NCBI GenBank assembly: GCA_002011125.2 | Contig: MTMF02000009.1 | Location: forward strand, 1,640,989 to 1,704,988 | DNA: 64,000 bases | DNA from: Candidatus Hydrothermarchaeum profundi | GTDB taxonomy: Archaea; Hydrothermarchaeota; Hydrothermarchaeia; Hydrothermarchaeales; Hydrothermarchaeaceae | Direction of reading: 5' to 3' | Shown: positions 1-11,845 of the stretch, piece after piece | Layout of the letters: every line of letters begins with the position of its first letter | Numbering within the stretch: position 1 is the first letter of the stretch | Position numbers and translations under genes: made by a program | The notes under the pieces: generated by a model | The model's input: only the letters and a program-made list of their open reading frames with translations | Told to the model about the DNA's origin: nothing | The model's database searches: none

Positions 1-255
1 AACTCTGAGATAGAGGTAAAATGGACAGTTACTGAGGATGCATATGCTGAAGAGTTTGGCTCTGCAGTTAGAGAGGGATTTACCCAAGTTAAAACACATC
101 CTCCTACGTATGCTTTTAGGTATAAAGAGGGAGGAATAGTTCTTTCACACTTAGGTGCATACACTTTTGTATTGGGGAGTTATACATTAGAGATTGAAAA
201 GCTTTCTGAGCTTCTGGAGTTTGCAATCAGGGTTTTAAAGCCTAAAATCACTTAA
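1..255 (+). CDS. 3' end of hypothetical protein (partial, starts before window)
   Basis: Frame 1 is open from base 1 to TAA at 253-255 (NSEIEVKW...LKPKIT*); it converges on ccmF. Confidence 0.6.
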   Translation, partial: NSEIEVKWTVTEDAYAEEFGSAVREGFTQVKTHPPTYAFRYKEGGIVLSHLGAYTFVLGSYTLEIEKLSELLEFAIRVLKPKIT

Positions 256-262
256 GAAATAA

Positions 263-2737
263 TTAACTTTCTTCTAAAGCTTTTTCATATTGTTTCTTAA
301 GAGTCTTATACGCTTTCTTGGATATTTTACCCTCTTCGTATGATTTTCTAAGTTCAGCTAACGATTTCTCTAAGTATTCTCTATCTGGGTTAGATACCTG
401 ACCGGCTGAATCCTCTGCGATCATCCTAGAGTAGCGAACTGGTGGTATCTCCAGCCTTGTCTCAATAATTATCAGAGGAAGTATCCCAACAGATAAAAGG
501 ACTATTCCAAGCCAAAGGATGCCTACTCCTGGGATAATTTTTACAGTTAGCGGCACAATCACACTGCCTGGTCTCTGAGTTGCTAATCCCTGAAAGATGA
601 CATAAACATCAGAGAATAACCCTCGATTGATGTAGACGTGGGTCACTTTCCCAAATTTTCTATCATCAATGGACTCTGCAAGGCCACCTCCTATGTACTT
701 ATCGTCTTTATATACGCCTAGTTCTATGGCTGTAGCCCACCATCCATCTTGAGTAAGATAGACTTCGATATCATTTACAGCGATGGCATAACCCATTAGG
801 ATACTTCTTTTAATTCCTTTCTCATCTGGAAAAGTAAAACTCGTAGACATCTCAGCTTCGTATACTGCGCTTATTAAAGTTCCGATGAGAATCAACGCTA
901 ATCCCAGATGAATGAGGTAGATGCTAGCCTGTCGAAGTTTACCTTTCAGTGTTTTAGGAGAAGATATTCCATGAACTATTCTATAAATAGCTCCCATGCC
1001 GCCAAAAAGAGCCAAGGGTCCTAGAGAATTTATGTAGAGATTCGCGGTAGGTTTCACAATAATTGAAACTGCTGTAGCTATAATTACCCCGGCTGCCATC
1101 CTAGTAAGTTTATCTTTATTTATCTTACTGTAGAGAAGGCAAAATCCCATAGCAAGCATCAGCAATGCAGTAAAAGGGAGGCTCCATTTATTAAAAAACT
1201 CTACTCCTACAGAAATTTTAGCTCCAGTTCTAGCCTGTACTAGCATCGGATAAGTTATACCCCAGAAGGATACGAAAGCTAGTACAGATAAGAGTACAAC
1301 TGCTATATAGAACAGGTTTTCACGTGTTAGAAGCTCTATTTTCTCCTCTTCCTCTTTTTCTTCTAGTTGGACATTTGAATTTTTACTTTTTAAATCTTCA
1401 CCTTCATCCCACACCCTCCTTAAGATTAAGAATAATACGAATGTAAGAGCAAATATAAAGATAGCCTGCCTAAATGTAGGCAATGCACTGCCTCCTTTTT
1501 CGAGGAACTTCTTGTAGAGTGCTAATACAAACTGGGAGGAAATGAATGAGCAGATTAAATTTATAGAGTCTTTATTCACCTGTGTTATCTTACCTTCATT
1601 TCTACGGTAGAAATCTATTCCGAGTATTAATGAAACAAAAGCAATATTCACCATAAGAAATGCTAGCCATGGCCCTGTGGTCGTTTGAGCAAAAGCATGA
1701 ACGGATTCCCACAAGCCGCTTCTCGTTATAAACGTAGCGTAGACTACAAGGAGAAAGGTTATTACTGCTAAAAAGGGCGAGAATATCTTAAAGTCCCCTC
1801 GCCTCTTATACTGTACTGAAGCATGCAATAAGCCGGTCAATGTTAACCAAGGTATAAATGAAGATGTTTCAACGGGATCCCATGCCCAGTAACCGCCCCA
1901 GCCGAGTACTTTATATGACCAGAACCCTCCTACCGCTATGCCTAAAGTAAGGAAGAGCCATGCAAACCTATTCCACTGCTTGCTATATGATTCCCAGGTT
2001 GCCTCTCCCGTAGAAAGGTATACCAAAGCTCCAGATAAAGTAATAGTAACTGCAGCGTATGCGATGAATATTACTGGAGGATGCACCGCCATCCAAGGAT
2101 CTCTAAGCAACGGATTCAAGCCGTTTCCTTCTATAGATGCCACTAACTCTGGTGTGACATCAGGGTATATCTCATATAGGGTCTTAAAAGGGGTTACTAG
2201 GATGGTAAGTGTAATGAAAAAGATGCCTATAAGTAGATTTATAATCTGGGATTTTCTAATAAATGTATTCTCTAATCCGCTCTTCTCCTGTATGATCCAC
2301 GTATATACAAAAATTAACCACGCCCAGAGAAGATATGTTCCCTCCTGTCCTGCCCATACTGCGGAGAGTTTATATACCGTTGGCAGAGTCGTGCTACTAA
2401 ACTGCCATACATAGTTTATAGAGAAATCCGACTTAAGGAAGTAATATGTCAGAAGAATAACTGAAAATGTAAGAAACCCTGTGGTACATCTAATCGCCCA
2501 AGGAATAAGCTTTAGTGCTTTTTTATATCCTTTTATTTCATAAGCTAATAGCATTATTATCGAAGTAGCTGCGAGGAGCCAACTTAAGGCGAGTAAAACA
2601 TTTCCTTCTGATAGTCCTCCAAGACTATAAAGGCCAAAAGGTAATGATGAGAGATTGCTTCTAAATGGCAACAGTAAGAGAATCACAGAGGCAATGACGA
2701 TTAGTAGTGGAAGAATTGGCTTCTTATCTCCTTCCAT
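263..2737 (-). CDS. ccmF: Cytochrome c biogenesis heme lyase CcmF, with C-terminal SHOCT/CcmI-like tail
   Basis: WAGQEGT, GLNPLL, HPP, WGGYWAWDPVE (WWD domain) and TRSG..SVHAFA motifs; polytopic; last gene of ccm operon. Confidence 0.95.
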   Translation of the reverse strand: MEGDKKPILPLLIVIASVILLLLPFRSNLSSLPFGLYSLGGLSEGNVLLALSWLLAATSIIMLLAYEIKGYKKALKLIPWAIRCTTGFLTFSVILLTYYFLKSDFSINYVWQFSSTTLPTVYKLSAVWAGQEGTYLLWAWLIFVYTWIIQEKSGLENTFIRKSQIINLLIGIFFITLTILVTPFKTLYEIYPDVTPELVASIEGNGLNPLLRDPWMAVHPPVIFIAYAAVTITLSGALVYLSTGEATWESYSKQWNRFAWLFLTLGIAVGGFWSYKVLGWGGYWAWDPVETSSFIPWLTLTGLLHASVQYKRRGDFKIFSPFLAVITFLLVVYATFITRSGLWESVHAFAQTTTGPWLAFLMVNIAFVSLILGIDFYRRNEGKITQVNKDSINLICSFISSQFVLALYKKFLEKGGSALPTFRQAIFIFALTFVLFLILRRVWDEGEDLKSKNSNVQLEEKEEEEKIELLTRENLFYIAVVLLSVLAFVSFWGITYPMLVQARTGAKISVGVEFFNKWSLPFTALLMLAMGFCLLYSKINKDKLTRMAAGVIIATAVSIIVKPTANLYINSLGPLALFGGMGAIYRIVHGISSPKTLKGKLRQASIYLIHLGLALILIGTLISAVYEAEMSTSFTFPDEKGIKRSILMGYAIAVNDIEVYLTQDGWWATAIELGVYKDDKYIGGGLAESIDDRKFGKVTHVYINRGLFSDVYVIFQGLATQRPGSVIVPLTVKIIPGVGILWLGIVLLSVGILPLIIIETRLEIPPVRYSRMIAEDSAGQVSNPDREYLEKSLAELRKSYEEGKISKKAYKTLKKQYEKALEES

Positions 2738-2739
2738 CC

Positions 2740-3177
2740 TTACACCGTTTCATTTAGCTGAAGTTCATACTTAGAAGGACACTTAACAAGTATCTGTTCT
2801 GCCTTAAATTGGTTTGGTGACACAAGTGAACCTATAACCACAACATCTATTTCTGACTCGCTTCCTAGATCCTTACCTACCGGGAAATTACTAGGTAATA
2901 CGCCTTCATAGGTCACCTGTATTTGTGAAACGTCATCAGTTAATACAAAAGTCAATGTGTTTGGAACCCAGCGTACGGTTTCTTCTACCACCCGCCCTTC
3001 TAACTGTATCTGCCTATTCAGGAACTTATCTGGACTTGATACTACTTCGCTTACCGACTTATAGGGATTAACAAACCCAGATAAAGCACTGAAGCCTATC
3101 GCGACAAAAAGGATGATAATGAGTGCTCCAAAACCGACCTTTAATTTTTTGGCTGTTTTTTTATCCACCAACATCAC
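2740..3177 (-). CDS. ccmE: Heme chaperone CcmE, CxxxY (System I*) type
   Basis: N-terminal TM, OB-fold-like body, C-terminal KCPSKY; likely start is ATG at 3174. Confidence 0.93.
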   Translation of the reverse strand: MMLVDKKTAKKLKVGFGALIIILFVAIGFSALSGFVNPYKSVSEVVSSPDKFLNRQIQLEGRVVEETVRWVPNTLTFVLTDDVSQIQVTYEGVLPSNFPVGKDLGSESEIDVVVIGSLVSPNQFKAEQILVKCPSKYELQLNETV

Positions 3178-3284
3178 CTACTTTTAATCTTCCTAATCCT
3201 CCCATCTATATACACCATGTATAATATCAGTACCGTCCACAAGATGGTTGCAACAATAAATATGCTGGTGTAATTTTCCATCAT
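3174..3284 (-). CDS. ccmD: CcmD-like small membrane protein (36 aa; not in ORF track)
   Basis: MMENYTSIFIVATILWTVLILYMVYIDGRIRKIKSR*; AGGAGG RBS; one TM plus basic tail; lies between ccmC and ccmE; stop overlaps the ccmE ATG (TGATG). Confidence 0.8.
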   Translation of the reverse strand: MMENYTSIFIVATILWTVLILYMVYIDGRIRKIKSR

Positions 3285-3294
3285 ATTCCTCCTA

Positions 3295-3963
3295 TCAAAT
3301 TGCCTTTGTTGTTGTATCCTCTAACTCCTGAAGTTTTACTTCAAGCCAAAGGAGATATCCGTATAGTAAAAGGACACCGACAATCATAATAATTAAAACA
3401 GGCCTCATTTGGGGTGAGAGGCTAAACTCCTTCAATCTTGGATGAAGAGAAAACCACATCGTAGTGGATATATATGTTAGAGGGATGCCTGCATACCCAA
3501 ACACCCCTAAGATAGCTGAGAGTCTTGCCTTAGATTCTTTATTTACGATAGATGATCTTAAAGCAAAATAGGAAGCAAATATGAACCATAAAATAAGTGT
3601 AGTTGTTTCCCTTGGATCCCAATTCCAATAACTTCCCCAAGCAGGTTTTGCCCAGACCATTCCGGTAAATAAAGTTAATGAACAAAAAATTATCCCCAAC
3701 TTTGCAGAACTCGACGCGACTCTATCCCATTTAAGGTCTCTCGTCTTGAGATACATTAAGCTAAAGACTAATGTCACAGTAAATGCGGTATACGTAGTAG
3801 CATTTATGGGTATATGGAAGAACACATTCCTATAAAGTTCTTCCATGGGTTTTGTTCTAGACTCTATGGGTCCAAAAACCACTAATGCATTATACATGCC
3901 AAAAAGAACCATTATATATACTGTGCCAAGAAGCGCTAGTGCATAGCCTCTTTTAAATTCCAT
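3295..3963 (-). CDS. ccmC: Heme exporter CcmC
   Basis: FFHIP, WAKPAWGSYWNWDPRET WWD motif, SLHP. Confidence 0.95.
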   Translation of the reverse strand: MEFKRGYALALLGTVYIMVLFGMYNALVVFGPIESRTKPMEELYRNVFFHIPINATTYTAFTVTLVFSLMYLKTRDLKWDRVASSSAKLGIIFCSLTLFTGMVWAKPAWGSYWNWDPRETTTLILWFIFASYFALRSSIVNKESKARLSAILGVFGYAGIPLTYISTTMWFSLHPRLKEFSLSPQMRPVLIIMIVGVLLLYGYLLWLEVKLQELEDTTTKAI

Positions 3964-3969
3964 TTAAAG

Positions 3970-4638
3970 TCACTCCTCAAGGGCATAGTCAAAAGTCAAA
4001 AGAGATATAACGGCCATGATAACAGTATACGCTATTATTATTTTAAACTCGCCCATCGTATTTAAAAACGTTTCTCCTTCTACTAAAACTTTCTTTAAAG
4101 CTGATATGGAGGATATTATAATAGGGAACAACACTGGAAAAAGGATAACAGGTAACAGCAGTTCTCTAGCTCGAGCATTAAGTATTAATACTGACATAGC
4201 AGAGCCTACAACTGCAAAACCGAGGTTTCCCAAGGTGAGGTAAAAAAAAGATAAGGCTATACTTCCCGCTACAGGGAAATTAAAGAAGAGTAGGAATATT
4301 GGAAACGATATAACCTCAATTAATACAAGCAAAGAAAAATTGTAAGCGACTTTACCCAGCAAGATGTCTGTTCCACTAACCGGAGAGAGTTTTAACCCCT
4401 CGAGAGTTCCTAGATCTTTTTCTCTAGTAAAGGCCCTTGACAGGCCCAGCATGCCTGAAAAAATTAAAATAAGCCATAAAAGACCTGGCCCGATGTCTGG
4501 GACAGCTGCGATAAAAGCGCCTACAATATAGCTAAACATTAAAATTGAAAGAAGAGCAAAAAGAAGCATGAAATTTATAGTATGCTTTGTTCTAAACTCT
4601 ATTAAGAGGTCCTTCTTAGCTATTTTTAGCGCCTTCAT
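3970..4638 (-). CDS. ccmB: Heme exporter permease CcmB
   Basis: KKDLLIEFR, F.REKDLGTLEGL and LLPVILFP motifs; about 6 TM. Confidence 0.93.
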   Translation of the reverse strand: MKALKIAKKDLLIEFRTKHTINFMLLFALLSILMFSYIVGAFIAAVPDIGPGLLWLILIFSGMLGLSRAFTREKDLGTLEGLKLSPVSGTDILLGKVAYNFSLLVLIEVISFPIFLLFFNFPVAGSIALSFFYLTLGNLGFAVVGSAMSVLILNARARELLLPVILFPVLFPIIISSISALKKVLVEGETFLNTMGEFKIIIAYTVIMAVISLLTFDYALEE

Positions 4639-5348
4639 TACTCTACTCCCTTCTCGGTAAGTCTTATGAAAGTCTCTTCCAAAGTCTCAACTCCTTTAAT
4701 TTCTTCGAGTGTGCCACATGCTTTGACCTCCCCTCCGTCAAGGATGCAAGCTTTATCACAAAGTTTTTCAGCTTCATCGAGATAATGAGTCGTAAGCAGG
4801 ATCGTAGTATCCTGTAGGCTAAGCTCTTTTATCCACTTGTAGAAAATGTGCTTACCTTGAATATCCAATCCAGCGGTTGGTTCATCTAACAATAGTATTT
4901 TCGGGGCGTGTATTAAGGCCCTAGCAATAGCCAACCTTTGTTTCATTCCTCTCGAGAAGGTGCCGACAAGTTCGTTTCCTCTATCCTCTAAATTTACCAT
5001 TTTTAGTAATGCTTCCGCATTGTTCCTATTAACTTCAAAAAGATCAGCATAGAAGTGAAGATTTTCCCTAGCTGTAAGCTCATCATATAAAAAGGGATTA
5101 TGCGAGACTACCCCGATAAGTTTCTTTACTTCCTCCGGTTCTTCCTGTAAATCTAGGCCGCTTATTATTATTTCTCCGGATGTGGGTTTAAGTAAGGTAC
5201 TTAATATCTTTATCAAAGTAGTTTTTCCAGCACCATTTGGCCCAAGAAGAGCAAAAGATTCTCCTTCAGCCACAGAAAAACTTACCCGATTAATGGCTAA
5301 GTGGCCACCGAACTCTTTGCACACCTCTTTTAGCTCTATAATAGCCAA
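4638..5348 (-). CDS. ccmA: ABC ATPase CcmA
   Basis: GPNGAGKTT, FSRGMKQR, LLLDEP; TTG start at 5348 has a GGTGA RBS (track extends ORF to 5381). Confidence 0.9.
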   Translation of the reverse strand: MAIIELKEVCKEFGGHLAINRVSFSVAEGESFALLGPNGAGKTTLIKILSTLLKPTSGEIIISGLDLQEEPEEVKKLIGVVSHNPFLYDELTARENLHFYADLFEVNRNNAEALLKMVNLEDRGNELVGTFSRGMKQRLAIARALIHAPKILLLDEPTAGLDIQGKHIFYKWIKELSLQDTTILLTTHYLDEAEKLCDKACILDGGEVKACGTLEEIKGVETLEETFIRLTEKGVE

Positions 5349-5394
5349 TCTATCACCGTCGGTTATTTTATTTGATGTCAATATATTACTTTCT

Positions 5395-7092
<1,698 letters not shown>

Positions 7093-7146
7093 TATCCCCC
7101 CTGTTTTTAAAAATCTTCTTATGATGGATACCTACAACTAGAAGCT

Positions 7147-8172
7147 CTAGAACTCTCTTCTAAGATGTTTTGCCACAGTTTCTGGAATCGTTTCAACTAT
7201 CCTCACTCTATGAAGAATTTCCATAAACCCCGCATCAGATGTATAGTACGTTTGAGGGGTGGGCCTTGAAATTATCTTAACACTGAGCCAAAAATTTTTT
7301 TCTCTCTCTCCAATAGCAGAGGAATATGAGGTCAGATTAAAACTCCGCACACCCATTTTATAATAGCCCTTGAGTATTTTTTGCAGACCTTCTACAAAAG
7401 ATGTAATCTCATCATCGGTGAGATCCGATATGCATCCTCTGTCTTGGAATACGGCGTTAACTTCATTATTTCCTATAGGTGCAAAACTTGTAAACCAAGA
7501 TATACTGCCTATCTGTGCTATGAATCTCTCACTATCTTTCTCGTGCTTTATTAGCTCCTCCCAGTAATTTCTTCTCTTTTTCTTCCAGAAATTTTTGCTA
7601 ACTTCTAGAAATAAGTTCGTGAGATAACTTGGCCGGTTATCGACTAATAATTGTACATGAGGATGTACAATGCTTGCTCCTGAAGGTGGGAGGTGATTCC
7701 AATTGAACGAGGGATATTTAGCTTTCCTATCATATTTATTCACTTGACGGAAATAGGTGAGGCTGGCTTTTATCATATCAATTATTTCGGTGGTAGTGAA
7801 CTTGTCTATCTCTTTGAAATGCTCTCTGGTAACTGTGGCTACCGCATGATGTTGGGCGAATGGAAAAAGATTTGGGAACACATAAGTGTCTCCGTAGGTT
7901 ATGCGGTCATCGCTTGATATTTCTGGTGGAAACCGTGGAGTAGTTTCCTTGATTCTCTCTTGGCAGAAGAAGCATTTTTCTTTTGATTTTGCAATTAGCT
8001 CTGGGTATGACGAGCTTTTTTCTCCCTGCTTTACTCTTTCGCTACGCTTGAGGTTAATACGGCATTCAATACCGGTGAGACTGTCTCTCCTATACTCTAT
8101 CGGCTGTTTTTCTCTTTGAAAATCCTTTAAAGGACTTAAAAATTCGGAGTAATATACTTTTTTTTCAAACAT
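7147..8172 (-). CDS. Galactose-1-phosphate uridylyltransferase (GalT/HIT family)
   Basis: CFFC, PNLFP, GASIVHPHVQ motif. Confidence 0.85.
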   Translation of the reverse strand: MFEKKVYYSEFLSPLKDFQREKQPIEYRRDSLTGIECRINLKRSERVKQGEKSSSYPELIAKSKEKCFFCQERIKETTPRFPPEISSDDRITYGDTYVFPNLFPFAQHHAVATVTREHFKEIDKFTTTEIIDMIKASLTYFRQVNKYDRKAKYPSFNWNHLPPSGASIVHPHVQLLVDNRPSYLTNLFLEVSKNFWKKKRRNYWEELIKHEKDSERFIAQIGSISWFTSFAPIGNNEVNAVFQDRGCISDLTDDEITSFVEGLQKILKGYYKMGVRSFNLTSYSSAIGEREKNFWLSVKIISRPTPQTYYTSDAGFMEILHRVRIVETIPETVAKHLRREF

Positions 8173-8263
8173 AGATTCTTCATAAATGTTATGATTCTAA
8201 TAAGTTATCTCTTTAGTAGTTACTCCAAAGTAATTTAAAATCGACTATAAGATAATAGATACT

Positions 8264-9226
8264 ATGTTTCCTCACAGAACTCTAGGAGATAGGGCGAAAA
8301 AAGCCATGATAGAGGCTATATCGAAACTTGGTGAAGACAAAACGGCTTATAGCAAAAACGTAGAAAAGGCCGCTGAAGCTATATCAAAGATCACAGGCCA
8401 CCGCTTTATAAGGTTTCTCTCAAGCGGCAACTGCGCTATATTCACTATAGTAAATGCCTTAGAAGGGAAAATAATGATCCCTGACCAAGGAGGATGGAAA
8501 GGATTTAAGAAGTATCCTAAGCTATTAGGTAAGAAAATATGCACTGTGCAAACAGACCTCGGTCTAATCGACCCTGAGACTCTGGAGTCTCACATAAAAA
8601 AACAGCAGCCCCAAGCACTATTTATAACCTCCTTTGCAGGGTATATCGCAGAGCAAAATATTAGAGCTATATCTGAAATATGCAAGGAAAATAATGTGCT
8701 TCTTGTTGAAGATGCTAGCGGGGCAATCGGAGACCATGAATTAGCTAGAGGAGACTCAGATGTCATAGTGTGCTCGACTGGCTCGCCTAAAATCTTAAAT
8801 TTAATGTCAGGCGGTTTCATATCTACCAATAAGGAAGAGCTTCTGGAAAAGTCTAGGGAGATAATAAAAGCATGCAAGATTGACCCTGTTATCTGCGCAG
8901 GTATTATAGAAGAGCTAAAGGATTCAAGCGAGAGGATCAGGCTTCTGAATGAGTACTCTAACCGCCTGAAAGAATATCTGCCTAAAGTTGTTCACAGACA
9001 TAAGAGAGGGATATGTGTAGGATTCGAAGTAGATGACCCGAAAAAGGTAGCCGCTGAAGCTATTAAGAGAGGGTTAATCACAGATCTTAGCAGAGGATTT
9101 CTAACCGTCTGCCCAATATACGAAAGGTTTCTCAAGAGAGGCATAGTAGTGGAACTTAAAAATCTGGATGTATTCAGATTAAGCGAAGAAGATATATCTA
9201 AGATTGGAGAAATTCTTAATTTATAA
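8264..9226 (+). CDS. PLP-dependent enzyme, DegT/DnrJ-like archaeal family
   Basis: SSGN.AI, VEDASGA and STGSPK (probable PLP lysine) of fold-type I; substrate unknown. Confidence 0.7.
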   Translation: MFPHRTLGDRAKKAMIEAISKLGEDKTAYSKNVEKAAEAISKITGHRFIRFLSSGNCAIFTIVNALEGKIMIPDQGGWKGFKKYPKLLGKKICTVQTDLGLIDPETLESHIKKQQPQALFITSFAGYIAEQNIRAISEICKENNVLLVEDASGAIGDHELARGDSDVIVCSTGSPKILNLMSGGFISTNKEELLEKSREIIKACKIDPVICAGIIEELKDSSERIRLLNEYSNRLKEYLPKVVHRHKRGICVGFEVDDPKKVAAEAIKRGLITDLSRGFLTVCPIYERFLKRGIVVELKNLDVFRLSEEDISKIGEILNL

Positions 9227-9238
9227 AGGAGAAATACC

Positions 9239-10222
9239 ATGGAATTCGCATCTGTAGTTGCAAAAAAAGCATTAGAAATCGCTGAAGCTATAGAAGCAAA
9301 CGCAATTATAGTATTAACCGAAACAGGAGAAGCTTTCGAGCTTATAGCTAAGAAGAAGCCAAAAATCACAATAATTGCTGCTACAGCCAATGATGAGACC
9401 TATCAGAGTCTTTTAAAAGAATCAATGATTACAAGCTTAAAGAGCATTGTATTCGTGGATATGGAAGAAGATGAGGATATTGCACGAAGAGAAAAGGGAG
9501 GGGTATATGCGATTCGGCTTTTAACAAGATCAACTTCAATAGCTGCTCAAATTGAAGACACTGTGATCGTAGGGTTGCATAAAGGGATTTTAAATGAGGA
9601 TGATGTGGTAGTAGTTATAGGCTCCGATCTTACCTCAGAGGCTAACATGATAATCATCTACGAGATTAAAAAAGAAAAGCTAGGATTTACTCTTTATGAC
9701 CTCATAAGAGAGAGCAATGTTAAACATGAAGTTTTTGAGTCAACCCTTAATATCGCGTTAGAGATTGGTCGAGAAGGTAGAGGTGGAAAACAGATTGGAA
9801 CTGCCTTCTTATTAGGGGATAGCCAGAGGGTTTTAGAAAAATCTAAGCAACTTATATTGAATCCGTTTGCTGGCCACTTAATCGGTGAAAGGATGATTAC
9901 TGATCCCGCGATAGCTGAAACCGTTAAAGAACTCGCTCAGTTAGATGGAGTTTTCGTTATTTCTGAGGATGGAGTTATTGAAGCCGCTGGCAGATATCTC
10001 ACTGTGGATACATCTGAGGTGGATATACCTCGGGGTCTCGGTACTAGACATGCGGCTGTTGCAGCCATGACGGCAGCTACTGATGCTATAGGGATAACCG
10101 TTTCAGAAAGCGGTGGAGTTGTTAGAATATTCAAGAAAGGAGAGATCGTACTGACAATAGAACCTCAGCGGAGGATTTCGCTGATAAGTGAAAGCTTAAG
10201 ACATGTGATTAAAGCCAGATAG
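9239..10222 (+). CDS. dacZ: Diadenylate cyclase DacZ (pyruvate-kinase-C-like domain + DAC domain)
   Basis: N-terminal AIIVLTETG; EGR.G..IGTAF, KELAQLDGVF, GLGTRHAA, VSESGG. Confidence 0.88.
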   Translation: MEFASVVAKKALEIAEAIEANAIIVLTETGEAFELIAKKKPKITIIAATANDETYQSLLKESMITSLKSIVFVDMEEDEDIARREKGGVYAIRLLTRSTSIAAQIEDTVIVGLHKGILNEDDVVVVIGSDLTSEANMIIIYEIKKEKLGFTLYDLIRESNVKHEVFESTLNIALEIGREGRGGKQIGTAFLLGDSQRVLEKSKQLILNPFAGHLIGERMITDPAIAETVKELAQLDGVFVISEDGVIEAAGRYLTVDTSEVDIPRGLGTRHAAVAAMTAATDAIGITVSESGGVVRIFKKGEIVLTIEPQRRISLISESLRHVIKAR

Positions 10223-10256
10223 ATTTAAATAATAATATTACATGTGAGGCATAAAT

Positions 10257-11459
10257 ATGAGTAGGAACATAATTGTAGAACAGATCCATCAGACCCCTGT
10301 AGAATCTCAGAAGATTGAATTGGTGGAGAGGAAGGGTGTTGGGCATCCGGACAGTTTAGCGGATGGAATCGCTGACTCTATTTCTAGAGCACTGTGCGTA
10401 GAGTATCTTAAAAGATTTGGCGTCCTTATGCATCATAACACTGATCAGGTTGAGATCGTCGGAGGCAAAGCCGAGCCTAAATTTGGGGGAGGGCAAATAA
10501 TATCGCCTATATATATTCTTCTTTCTGGCAGAGCAACCACTATAGTAGACGACGAGCTAGTGCCGGTTCATAAGATAGCAATTCATGCTGCCAAGGAGTA
10601 TCTTGATAGAACTCTGCGGAATCTCGATGTAGAAAATGACGTAGTTATTGACTCGAGGATAAGTCAGGGGTCTACTGACCTAATGGATGTTTTTAAGAGA
10701 GCTCATGTGATACCTCTCGCTAATGATACTTCGTTCGGAGTTGGATTTGCACCGTTTACTGACGTTGAAAGGCTCGCTCTTGAAACCGAGAAAGAGATAA
10801 ATTCGGATCGTTTTAAAGATAGATTTCCTGAGAGCGGGGAGGATGTAAAAGTAATGGGTTTGAGGGAAGGAGATAAGATAACACTTACTATAGCAAATGC
10901 CATGGTAGCTAAATACATACCTGACTTAGATCATTATAGGAGTGTAAAAGAGGAGATGACTTACACTATTGAGGATCTTGCTTCAAGTATTACTGACAGA
11001 GAAGTTGAGGTAAATATAAACACAGGCGATGATTATGATAGGGGCTCTGTGTATCTTACTGTGACAGGCACATCTGCAGAAATGGGGGATGACGGCTCAG
11101 TGGGTAGAGGAAACCGGGCGAACGGTCTTATAACCCCCAATAGGTTGATGTCTCTTGAAGCTGCTGCAGGTAAGAATCCTGTAAATCATACCGGGAAAAT
11201 GTATAATTTAATTTCTAATCAAATCGCTCATTCTATAGTTACTGCAGTTGAGGGTGTAAGAGAAGTCTACGTTAAAATATTAAGCCAGATAGGGCGGCCT
11301 ATAGACCATCCAAAGGTTGCTAGTGTTCAACTCATTTTAGATGATTCTGTTAGCATAGAATCCATTAAACCTAAGGTCGAGAGTATTGTGGACCTTCACC
11401 TATCTGATATAAAGAAAGTAACGGATATGGTGATAAAAGGAGAGCTGACCACTTTTTAG
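10257..11459 (+). CDS. mat: Archaeal S-adenosylmethionine synthetase
   Basis: [39 protein letters not shown]. Confidence 0.97.
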   Translation: MSRNIIVEQIHQTPVESQKIELVERKGVGHPDSLADGIADSISRALCVEYLKRFGVLMHHNTDQVEIVGGKAEPKFGGGQIISPIYILLSGRATTIVDDELVPVHKIAIHAAKEYLDRTLRNLDVENDVVIDSRISQGSTDLMDVFKRAHVIPLANDTSFGVGFAPFTDVERLALETEKEINSDRFKDRFPESGEDVKVMGLREGDKITLTIANAMVAKYIPDLDHYRSVKEEMTYTIEDLASSITDREVEVNINTGDDYDRGSVYLTVTGTSAEMGDDGSVGRGNRANGLITPNRLMSLEAAAGKNPVNHTGKMYNLISNQIAHSIVTAVEGVREVYVKILSQIGRPIDHPKVASVQLILDDSVSIESIKPKVESIVDLHLSDIKKVTDMVIKGELTTF

Positions 11460-11842
11460 AGAGAATCGTAAAGAGCCCTCAGTATTCTCCCATGAACTAT
11501 CATTCCTAGGAGTTTCCCATTCTCTACTACAGGTACTCTCTCTATGTGGTGCTTTATCATGATTTTTAGTATCTCTTTAAGTTTGGCTTCAGGGCCTACG
11601 GTAATAGGAGGCTTTGACATAAGGTCGCCTGCACATAGTCCTCCTATTTCATAATTTCTGGCGAGCATTATATCTCGCTGGGTTATTATTCCTACCAGCT
11701 TATCGTCCTCTATCACGGGCAGACTACCTATGCTATTCCTCGTCATTATAAGATCAGCTAACGCTATTTTCTCCTTAGGACCTATAGTAATAAGGTCCTT
11801 CAACATTAGATCTTTTGCTTTAAGATTCTCCATAAAACTCAC
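11456..11842 (-). CDS. Stand-alone CBS pair protein
   Basis: Two CBS repeats (IGSLPVI..LVGIIT.RD; IERVPVV..LLGMI). Confidence 0.9.
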   Translation of the reverse strand: MSFMENLKAKDLMLKDLITIGPKEKIALADLIMTRNSIGSLPVIEDDKLVGIITQRDIMLARNYEIGGLCAGDLMSKPPITVGPEAKLKEILKIMIKHHIERVPVVENGKLLGMIVHGRILRALYDSL

Positions 11843-11845
11843 CCC

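Noticed and set aside
10800-10835. RFKDRFPES in Mat as a third copy of the EFKxxFPSL motif
   Set aside because: Only FKxxFP matches, inside a conserved enzyme core; likely chance
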